A DNA stretch of 39,692 bases, from the NCBI GenBank assembly GCA_964365905.1, contig CAYIRQ010000001.1, positions 1 to 39,692 on the forward strand, in the 5' to 3' direction. Source of the DNA: an uncultured Candidatus Peribacteria bacterium. Lineage in GTDB: Bacteria; Patescibacteriota; Gracilibacteria; Peribacterales; Peribacteraceae. Below, in pieces: positions 14,836-22,377 of the stretch. The notes beneath the pieces are model-generated. The model did no database searches and was not told the DNA's origin. It was given only the letters and a program-made list of their open reading frames with translations. A program made the translations under genes and the position numbers. Position 1 is the first letter of the stretch. Each line of letters starts with the position of its first letter.

Positions 14836-16425
14836 ATGCGTTGGAGAAATATCCTCCTCTGCGCACTCCTCCTCCTCCCGCTCGCCATTCTTCCCGCTCA
14901 TGCCGGGGAGGGTACGCATCCTGCGGTTCTCCTTCGAAGGGTCATTCCTACGGAAAAACCAAAGGAGGCGAAAAGCAGAATCACGTTCACCGACGGATGG
15001 CGGAGGCCCCATTCGATTCGATCGCATTTCCGTGATTCCTGGCATCGGTCGCGGGGCGTGGACATCCTGGGAGCGGAGGCCGCTTCTGCATCGAGCGTGT
15101 ATGGCGCTGAGCTCTCCCGTACGCAACGTCTCGCGAACCTCGTGGATCTCATCAATCAGAATTTATTGCTCTCCGTCTCGTTCGTTCTCGCGGCGGTCGT
15201 CATCTCGGTTCTTGGAACACGTTCGAATCTGCGCCGAAAATGCACCACGATGATCTGCGTGCTCGAGCGTGTCATGGTCCCGCTCGACAAGCATTTCCAG
15301 CACGCGCGCCTCCTCCTTCGCTTCTTCCTCCTCGCATCGGGTATGGGAGTTCTTTTCTGGCTCACAGCGGTCTATGCGGCCGCGGAGACAGCGGTTCTCG
15401 TAAACACGGAGGCCTTTTACCGCATCGATGATCTCGACACCGGGGCGGATGTACAGCTCAAGTTTGGTGATGTCGTCAATGAGCAACTCAATTGGGAACG
15501 AGCGACGGGCCGCTTCCGCTTCACGGATGACCTCTACATCGAGGGGAATCTCGAAGTTGCGGGGACACTGTCCGGATCCTCGACGATCACGCTGAGCTCC
15601 CTCAAGGGCTGCGACACGATCGATACCACGATCAACGGTGTGCTCACGTGCGGGACGGATGCAGGGCCAGGCGCCGCCGTGAATATCCAGACCTTCACCG
15701 CAACAGGGACATGGACAAAGCTAACGCCGGCGCCGACGGTCACGCGGATCCAGCTCTGGGGTGGCGGCGGATCGGGCGGACGAGGCGGCAGTGCCGATGC
15801 CGGTGGAGGCGGAGGCGGCGGGAGTTATCTCGATGTCCTTGTTGCGACCTCCACACTCAGTGCCACAGAAACCTGTGGGGTCGGACCGGGAGGCGCTGCA
15901 GCAACGTCGGATGAACAGAACGGCAACTGGGGAGGGCAAACGACATTCGATGTCTATCGGGCGTATGGAGGTGGTCCCGGTTTCGGCGCAACAAACACGA
16001 ATGGTGGCGGTGGTGGTGGCGCTTGCCCGTTTGCAAACGGAAATATCGGCACGGCGTCAGCCGGCGGCACCGGAGGGTGCGGGGCGGCTGCCGGTGTGGA
16101 TGACTATCTGGGAGGAGGCGGCGGAACCGTCAATGGCGGAGATAGTGGGACAGGGGGCGGCGGAGGAGGACTCGGCGTCACGAGCGGAACCGAGGGTGCA
16201 GGGGGGAGAAGCATCTATGGAGGTGGTGGCGGTGGCGGCGCCGATGGGGGTGCCACGCCCACGTCGGCTGGCGGAGATTCTCTCTATGGGGGTGATGGTG
16301 GAATAGGTTCAACGGCAACCACAGTAGCGACGAATGGCGCTCAGCCGGGGGGCGGCGGAGGCGGTTCGGAATCAGCGAATTCCGGTGCCGGGGGCGCCGG
16401 AAAATGCATCATCACGTCGTGGTGA
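14836..16425 (+). CDS. multi-TM surface protein with a C-terminal glycine-rich (ALK/LTK Gly_rich-like) domain
   Basis: The ATG at 14836 gives the signal peptide MRWRNILLCALLLLPLAILPAHA|GEG. The ORF-track start at 14680 overlaps the ROK gene. There are two further TM segments, then a LKFGDVVNEQLNWERATGRFRFTDDLYIEGNLEVAGTLSG module. The tail reads FTATGTWTKLTPAPTVTRIQLWGGGGSGGRGG…GGGGGGG…. Confidence 0.7.
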   Translation: MRWRNILLCALLLLPLAILPAHAGEGTHPAVLLRRVIPTEKPKEAKSRITFTDGWRRPHSIRSHFRDSWHRSRGVDILGAEAASASSVYGAELSRTQRLANLVDLINQNLLLSVSFVLAAVVISVLGTRSNLRRKCTTMICVLERVMVPLDKHFQHARLLLRFFLLASGMGVLFWLTAVYAAAETAVLVNTEAFYRIDDLDTGADVQLKFGDVVNEQLNWERATGRFRFTDDLYIEGNLEVAGTLSGSSTITLSSLKGCDTIDTTINGVLTCGTDAGPGAAVNIQTFTATGTWTKLTPAPTVTRIQLWGGGGSGGRGGSADAGGGGGGGSYLDVLVATSTLSATETCGVGPGGAAATSDEQNGNWGGQTTFDVYRAYGGGPGFGATNTNGGGGGGACPFANGNIGTASAGGTGGCGAAAGVDDYLGGGGGTVNGGDSGTGGGGGGLGVTSGTEGAGGRSIYGGGGGGGADGGATPTSAGGDSLYGGDGGIGSTATTVATNGAQPGGGGGGSESANSGAGGAGKCIITSW

Positions 16426-16464
16426 TCGGGTAAAAATGATAGTTGTCTTCGGGAGAGAAGTTCC

Positions 16465-17595
16465 TTAGTCCTTCGTCTCCCAATTGAGCTCGATGAACCC
16501 GGCGTCTGCGAACTCGTTATTGAGTCCGGAGCCAGAGGCCGTCATCTTGAGGAGGAAGGTCATGTAGTCGTCCGCAGTGAAGGTGCCGCTGCTTTCCGGG
16601 CCCGTGATCGTTGCGATTTGCCAGTTCGCGCCCGTGAGGCCCGACCCGCCCGAGAGCGGAACAATGGTGTCATTGGTATCCAGAAGCTTCACGTTGAGCG
16701 AGCCGCCGGAGCCTCTGTAGCTAAACTGAATCGGCTTCACCGGATCCCAGCTGCGGAAGGTATTGGGGATCCGCACCTGCGTCGCGATCCAATACTGCTG
16801 CGCGGTCGTCTTCGTCGTCTGCCAGCGGTAGTAGTTGATAGAACTTCCAGAGCTATAAAGCGCGGAGAGCGTTCCCACTTTGCTCGCGCCGCTCCCGAAG
16901 TACGTGGCATTCGGGTACGTGGGCTTGAGCCAGACGATGGATCCGCTGCTTGCGCTTCCGCTCGTCCAACTCAGCTTCCCGGTCGAAGGATCCACGGAGA
17001 GGAGCCTGCCGGACGCTGTGGCCGCGCTTTCCGGCCATGTGTACTGCACGTTATTGAAGGAGGTTGCGCCATCGAAGGAGACGGCGCCGCTCGCGGAGAG
17101 GTTGCCGGTGATCCGGAGATCATCGGAGAATTCAAATTCGTTGAACGTATCGGAGAACTTCAATGTCTTATTACCGGCATCATTCCCAAATGTGAGTGTC
17201 GCATCGGCGGCAGTTTGATCGTCATTGATCGTGAGATCACTGTCCGTTCGCACGGCTCCTGAAGCAGTGAGAGCCCCGTGGACATTTGCTCCCCCATCGA
17301 CCCTCAGAGAGGAACCAGAAAGAGATCCCTGAACTGAAAGGTCATCCGTCAATTCAAAGCGTCCATTGTCACGATGCCATAGAAGTTTCTCATTGAGCAC
17401 TTCACCGAAACGGAGTTCTATTGGTGTTGTCCCATCTCCTTCACCAACGTAGTCGAACGACTCGTTATTCACGAGGAGAGTAGTTGCCGAGAGAGCTTGC
17501 AGTGGAAATCCACCGGCGAAAAGTGCAAGAGCCGCGGCGGATCCAATCCACCGACAAACGTTATCGCTTTGCCGTCTTTTTGTCTGTTTCTTCAT
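16465..17595 (-). CDS. secreted surface protein, paralog family member
   Basis: The ATG at 17595 gives the signal peptide MKKQTKRRQSDNVCRWIGSAAALALFAGGFPLQALSA. It contains the module LRFGEVLNEKLLWHRDNGRFELTDDLSVQGSLSG. Its C-terminal domain is homologous to the C-terminus of the 1026-aa ORF. Confidence 0.7.
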   Translation of the reverse strand: MKKQTKRRQSDNVCRWIGSAAALALFAGGFPLQALSATTLLVNNESFDYVGEGDGTTPIELRFGEVLNEKLLWHRDNGRFELTDDLSVQGSLSGSSLRVDGGANVHGALTASGAVRTDSDLTINDDQTAADATLTFGNDAGNKTLKFSDTFNEFEFSDDLRITGNLSASGAVSFDGATSFNNVQYTWPESAATASGRLLSVDPSTGKLSWTSGSASSGSIVWLKPTYPNATYFGSGASKVGTLSALYSSGSSINYYRWQTTKTTAQQYWIATQVRIPNTFRSWDPVKPIQFSYRGSGGSLNVKLLDTNDTIVPLSGGSGLTGANWQIATITGPESSGTFTADDYMTFLLKMTASGSGLNNEFADAGFIELNWETKD

Positions 17596-17669
17596 GTTTT
17601 TGGTATTCCGAATAGTATAGCATGAACTCGTTCTCTCGTGCGGGGTCATATGATGGGTTTGGAAAGACG

Positions 17670-20600
17670 TTACTGTACGGGCAGCTCCACGAAGTCGAGC
17701 GTGAGATCGCCGGTGTGCATCTGGAAGTTATCCTTCGCATACATTTTGAGCTTCACGAGGAAGTCCTGTCCGGCTGTCCATGTCGGAGACCCTCCGAAAT
17801 TGAGCGTCGTCGTCGTCCAGCTCGTGCTTGCGAGGCTTGTGGAGGGACCCCCCGTGAGCGTGACCGGAGCACCATTCGTGTCGAAGACGGAGATATCCAT
17901 CTTGTTGTTGGCGGTGTCCACCGAAGTCGAGCGGTAACTCACTTTGAGCGCGCCGCTTCCCCAGCGCACAAACTCAGGGGAGAGCGTGATGCGAATGGAA
18001 ATGTCGTAGTCCTGGAGAGTCGAGGATGTGCTCGTCCAAAGGTAGTAGTTCCGGAGCGTGATGTTGTCGTGCGACACATACATGCGGCCGACGTTATTCG
18101 TCGCGTCGCCCTGATAGCTCGCGTTCTGATGTTCCGCATGGTAGATCTGCTGCATGGTGCGCTCGCGATCGTCGTTCGTGAGCACGCGCTTATCGGTCAC
18201 CGTCTGGAGACCACCTGCCTGCGTCGTGACTTCCGCAAGCGGGATGTAACTCTCGTCGGTCGGGTAGGTGGACAGCCGCGCCGTGATGCCGCCGGATCCG
18301 AAGAAGATGTAGTTCAAGGCATTATTTGTGAGCGAAAGATTTTGGCCGGAGAAACTGCGGTTATTTCCCGCAAGCCGGTAATTCCCCGGGTTCACCTTCA
18401 CCGTAAGACCGCCGCCGGAGGCGACTTTGAGCGCACCCGTGAGCGTCCGAAGGTCGATAGTATTAATGAGACCGGAGACCGTCAGGCTCCCCGTGACGGT
18501 GAGATTCCCCTGAATGCGCACGTCGTCATTGAAGTTGAATCGGTCGTTTGCGATATCGAAGCTGAACATGTTCGCGATGGTGCTCCCGAACTGCAGACCG
18601 ATGGAGCTCCCTTCCGAACCATCCGCATCGATCGCGAAGGTTCCCCTGTTCGTTCCTGCCGGGATAGTGCTTACCGGCAATAGTCCCCCGCTCCCAAGGA
18701 CGGCAATGGAGCCGCTCGCCGTCCCCGTATCGTGCTTATCGAGGAGATCGGCATTGAGCGCGAATGGCACCGAGAGCACCGGTGAGCGGTCGACGGTGTC
18801 GCTGCTCGTGTTGACATCGAGGAGCTCGTAACTCGTGTCGGCCGCCGCCGAGGCTTTCACTTCGACCTGCAAGAAGAGATCTGTCAGTGTGCTCGTATCC
18901 ATTGTTTGGAAATTGAGAAGCGCAGTGACGCTCCCGAGGCTGACCGAGAAGTAGCCTTGGCTGTTCGGCGTCACCGTATGCACCTCCTGCCAGCCGGCGT
19001 AGTTTGAGGATCCGGTGTTGATGGCGCCGGTGCCGGTTGTATCCGAGGAAACATAATCCGCGCTCTTCCATTCGCTGAAGCGGATCGTATGCGGCGTTGT
19101 CACTGCCGTCCCGTTACTTGTGAGCAGGTGTCCGTGGTAAACGTGCTTCTGCGGAACCGTGACTTCCGCAAATGCCAGCTTGCTCTTGCCGAGGGTCATT
19201 GCAGCAATTCCCGTGAGAAGGAGCAGGAGCGTGAGATGCGAACGTGTGAAGGATCCACCATTCGGTCCTTTTCTCCCGGAAACGTTCTTGCCTCTCATTC
19301 GTCGAGCAACGTTGCGCATCCTTTTTTGTGCGCTCTCGCGCGTCGGCTTGAACGCGAGGAGAATCGCAATGAGGAGCAGGACGAGCGCGAGCAGAATGTT
19401 GCGCTGCAGGAGCAGAGTGTTGTATGAAGTCTCCGGGGCGGGAGAACCGCCGTACGCACCCGCTCTTGGAGTGCCAAAGATGTCCGTTCCCCCAGAGCGA
19501 TGCCAGGCATCCTGGAATCTATTGCGCATGAGGCTCTGCACCGGGCGATGCCACGCATCGAGATAGCGCATCCCATTTGCACCTCTCCTCTGAGACGGAG
19601 CAACCTTGGCGTTGCTTCGCTTGGGTTCGACTTTCTTCGGCACCGGTCTCCCGATGAGTCCTTCTTTCGGAATTCCTGGAGGAGCAGCGACTGGTGCGGC
19701 GGGCGCTGCGGGACGGGGTGATGGCGTCTGCGGCGCCTTCGGTGGTTGAGGCGTAGGAGCCGGGGGGGGCTGTGACGGAGGACTGCCTGGAACCCGCCTG
19801 CCGCCGCCTCCAGGTGATTCGTTGCCTCCGTTGCCACCAACACCTGTTCCACCGCCTCCACCACCCACACTGCCTCCACCGCTCGTTCCATACGGCAAAC
19901 CCGTCACAATTTGATAGTTCGCACCCGTGACGGGCAGATTGAGATCGGTGATCCCCGCTTCCTCCAGTTTGTAATTCGCGCCGATCTTCGCGCTTTTCTC
20001 CACGTAGTCTGTGACATCCCCGTACATGCGATAGTTCGTGCCTTCTGCAGCCTGCGCTTCTCCGGGGTTTGCAAGAAAACCCGCCGCAAGGAAGGTGAGG
20101 AAAACGAGAGCAAGCGTACTCATCCCGCTTCCCCCCGCATCGTTTCCTTTCTCCACTGCCGTCTGCTTTTTCTCCATCTGCATCATCCAATGCTTCAGTG
20201 CCTCCTGCGTCATGCGCATTTCGGAGGCGATCAAAACGTTCGTTACGTCATGCTCGCAAACTTTCACAGCGTTGCACCCCGCTCTCTTGAGCCAATGAGA
20301 AGGCGTGTCACCGAAGAAGAATCCATGCCGACGGATAATGCGCCCGATGGAGGACGCGGAGAGCGTGACGCCGTGCTCTCTCCTCAATTTCTCCCGTATG
20401 CGCTCACGACTCATCTTCGGGTCCGTCGTCCGATGGTTTCGAATGATCTCAATGACTTCCGGCGATGCTTCCGGTTGTCTCATTGTTCGTGGTCGCTTCG
20501 ATCGGTCCTCGAGCGTCGAAGGATCCGATGGATCAAATCGCTTCGCCCAGCGATTGAATGTTGCCGGTGTGATATCAAACGCTTTGCATGTCCTGCGAAC

Positions 20601-20750
20601 ATTTCCACACTCGAGCGCATATGCAAACCATCGCAATCGCTCTTGAGCAGATGTGCTCAGGCTCAGAGCATTCGCCCTTTGGATCAGTCTCCTGATGTCC
20701 TCAAGCGAAGCATTCTGCCTCTCAGGCTTTTTATTATTTGTATTATCCAC
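17670..20750 (-). CDS. large surface protein; longest ORF has an IS481-like transposase HTH N-terminus in frame (alternative start 20123)
   Basis: 1026-aa uninterrupted ORF. Residues 1-150 are HTH-like (…CGNVRRTCKAFDITPATFNRWAKRFDPSDPSTLEDRSKRPR…IIEIIRNHR…SASSIGRIIRRHG). Residue 210 onward gives MSTLALVFLTFLAAGFLANPGEAQA (signal/TM), then a Gly/Pro-rich linker, a WHR motif, two TM segments and a beta-rich ectodomain of about 550 aa. Confidence 0.7.
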   Translation of the reverse strand: MDNTNNKKPERQNASLEDIRRLIQRANALSLSTSAQERLRWFAYALECGNVRRTCKAFDITPATFNRWAKRFDPSDPSTLEDRSKRPRTMRQPEASPEVIEIIRNHRTTDPKMSRERIREKLRREHGVTLSASSIGRIIRRHGFFFGDTPSHWLKRAGCNAVKVCEHDVTNVLIASEMRMTQEALKHWMMQMEKKQTAVEKGNDAGGSGMSTLALVFLTFLAAGFLANPGEAQAAEGTNYRMYGDVTDYVEKSAKIGANYKLEEAGITDLNLPVTGANYQIVTGLPYGTSGGGSVGGGGGGTGVGGNGGNESPGGGGRRVPGSPPSQPPPAPTPQPPKAPQTPSPRPAAPAAPVAAPPGIPKEGLIGRPVPKKVEPKRSNAKVAPSQRRGANGMRYLDAWHRPVQSLMRNRFQDAWHRSGGTDIFGTPRAGAYGGSPAPETSYNTLLLQRNILLALVLLLIAILLAFKPTRESAQKRMRNVARRMRGKNVSGRKGPNGGSFTRSHLTLLLLLTGIAAMTLGKSKLAFAEVTVPQKHVYHGHLLTSNGTAVTTPHTIRFSEWKSADYVSSDTTGTGAINTGSSNYAGWQEVHTVTPNSQGYFSVSLGSVTALLNFQTMDTSTLTDLFLQVEVKASAAADTSYELLDVNTSSDTVDRSPVLSVPFALNADLLDKHDTGTASGSIAVLGSGGLLPVSTIPAGTNRGTFAIDADGSEGSSIGLQFGSTIANMFSFDIANDRFNFNDDVRIQGNLTVTGSLTVSGLINTIDLRTLTGALKVASGGGLTVKVNPGNYRLAGNNRSFSGQNLSLTNNALNYIFFGSGGITARLSTYPTDESYIPLAEVTTQAGGLQTVTDKRVLTNDDRERTMQQIYHAEHQNASYQGDATNNVGRMYVSHDNITLRNYYLWTSTSSTLQDYDISIRITLSPEFVRWGSGALKVSYRSTSVDTANNKMDISVFDTNGAPVTLTGGPSTSLASTSWTTTTLNFGGSPTWTAGQDFLVKLKMYAKDNFQMHTGDLTLDFVELPVQ

Positions 20751-21057
20751 GTTGTGAAGCCATGAAATTGATGTGTATTTCCACAGATCATTCTATCATA
20801 TTTTGCAACATTGCGCTTCCCTCTCTTTGATTGTTTGCTTGCTTTTTTGCATGCAGGATGGACAGGAGATTCTGGCTTTCTCAAAAGACTTTTCGATTTT
20901 CGACTTCCATCTTTCTGAACATTTCTCTTTTGAGACTGTCTCTGCAAGGTTTTCAAGAATTCGTCTCTCTCTGAGCAGAACTCTCCCCTCTATCGGACAT
21001 TCATCTCCCTGTGTACAGACGTTGCTCATCTCTCTGCTCAAAGCTACTCTTTCGCCG

Positions 21058-22119
21058 ATGAGACAGTTCTTCTCCGGGTTCGCGGTTCTCCTGGTCTTGA
21101 GTATTTTTTCTCCCCCTGCGTTTGCGCAGCAGTCTTTTACAGACGTCCCTCAGGATCATCCCGCCTATGCCGCGATTGAACATCTCAAGTCAATCGGTGT
21201 ACTCCAAGGGTATCCCGATCCCAAAGCCCTAGGGGCTCCCCTTCGGGGAGGGGACCCTTCGGGTCGGACATTCCAGCCGGACCGAACGGTGAATCGTGCG
21301 GAGGCAACGAAGATTATTGTCGCACCGAGAGCCACTGCCGATGCATTGGCAACGTTCACCACATCTCCGTTCATGGATGTCCCCGAGGGAGTGTGGTATC
21401 TCCCGTACGCCGAAATGGGACGACAGGTTTTTGGATTTCTCGACGGGCCGCCGAAGAGGATGAAGTTCGAAGGCGAACGTGGTGTGCAGAAGGTGGAGTT
21501 CCTCAAGATGCTCCTCACGACCTATCAGGTGGATACCTCCGCATTCAGCGAGATCACGTTACCACTTGCGAGAGATGTCACGGATGCAAACGCGTGGTAC
21601 TACCCGCACCTTCGCTACAGCCTCACGGCTTCGATGACGATGGTTGGGAATGACGGGCTGCTTTCCCCTGCGAAACCTCTCACGAGGGGAGAGGTTGCGC
21701 TGCTCCTCTACCGGTTCCTCATGTACCGCGAGAATCGCAGAACGCAGGCGCTCCTCTCTGAGGCCGAGCAGGAAATCGTCCGCATTCTCGATGCCCTCGG
21801 GAAGAATGATATTCTGCAGGCGGAATACGCATCCGCACGGGCACTCCTCGCTTCCCGCGGCGCCCATGCGAGTCGTCCGGATACTCCCCTTGTGAAAGCT
21901 GCACTCAAGGTGACGGAAGCATTCCGCACGCTCGTGCGCGCGTATCGCGCGGGCCTCAACAAGGATTTTAACATGGTCATCGAGCTCACGAAGCAGGCAT
22001 GGACGCTCTCCAATCAGGCACTGGAATACAGTGCGGACATGGGGCCCATCGTCGAGCAGCTCCAAGCAAGCGCGCATGCGATGGCGGAGAGCGCAAGATC
22101 TCTTGGAAGGAAACCTTAA
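21058..22119 (+). CDS. SLH (S-layer homology) domain protein
   Basis: The ATG at 21058 gives the signal peptide MRQFFSGFAVLLVLSIFSPPAFA|QQ. An SLH repeat follows: SFTDVPQDHPAYAAIEHLKSIGVLQGYPD…FQPDRTVNRAEATKIIV, plus two degenerate repeats. The ORF-track start at 20773 adds 95 implausible residues. Confidence 0.75.
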   Translation: MRQFFSGFAVLLVLSIFSPPAFAQQSFTDVPQDHPAYAAIEHLKSIGVLQGYPDPKALGAPLRGGDPSGRTFQPDRTVNRAEATKIIVAPRATADALATFTTSPFMDVPEGVWYLPYAEMGRQVFGFLDGPPKRMKFEGERGVQKVEFLKMLLTTYQVDTSAFSEITLPLARDVTDANAWYYPHLRYSLTASMTMVGNDGLLSPAKPLTRGEVALLLYRFLMYRENRRTQALLSEAEQEIVRILDALGKNDILQAEYASARALLASRGAHASRPDTPLVKAALKVTEAFRTLVRAYRAGLNKDFNMVIELTKQAWTLSNQALEYSADMGPIVEQLQASAHAMAESARSLGRKP

Positions 22120-22221
22120 GGAATCTCTGATTAATGCCGACATCGGAGCGCGGATTCGGCTATCCGCGCTCCGCAGCGCAGGTAACCGAACCTGCGCTGC
22201 GGTTGATCAGAGGTTCCTTAA
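22116..22221 (+). other. 106-nt inverted-repeat / three-way-junction element (MITE-like or structured 3'UTR RNA)
   Basis: A 19-bp outer stem pairs 22116-22134 with 22203-22221 (two G.U pairs on the + strand only). It encloses two perfect 10-bp hairpins: 22145-22172 GGAGCGCGGA(TTCGGCTA)TCCGCGCTCC and 22173-22200 GCAGCGCAGG(TAACCGAA)CCTGCGCTGC. Confidence 0.5.
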
Positions 22222-22303
22222 CCCTTTCCCTTCAAGGTTGTGCTTCAGCGTGTCAAAGACGTGCTCTTGCTACACAACGACGGAAATCGCCGGACATTCT
22301 CCC

Positions 22304-22333
22304 GTTAGCCGGCGGTTTAAACCGCCGGCTAAC
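22304..22333. terminator. perfect 30-nt palindrome, possible tkt terminator (no U-tract)
   Basis: GTTAGCCGGCGGTTTAAACCGCCGGCTAAC is a 13-bp stem with a 4-nt loop. It lies 45 nt downstream of the tkt stop, between convergent genes. No T-run follows on either strand. Confidence 0.4.
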
Positions 22334-22377
22334 CGACAGGGGCAACATGGAATTCATTCCGTATTCCGTCGTCGTGT

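Noticed and set aside
17622-18683. 353-aa plus-strand ORF inside the 1026-aa surface gene.
   Set aside because: It is antisense to an ORF that has paralogs in the window and coherent signal/TM/domain architecture. The translation is R-rich with no features.
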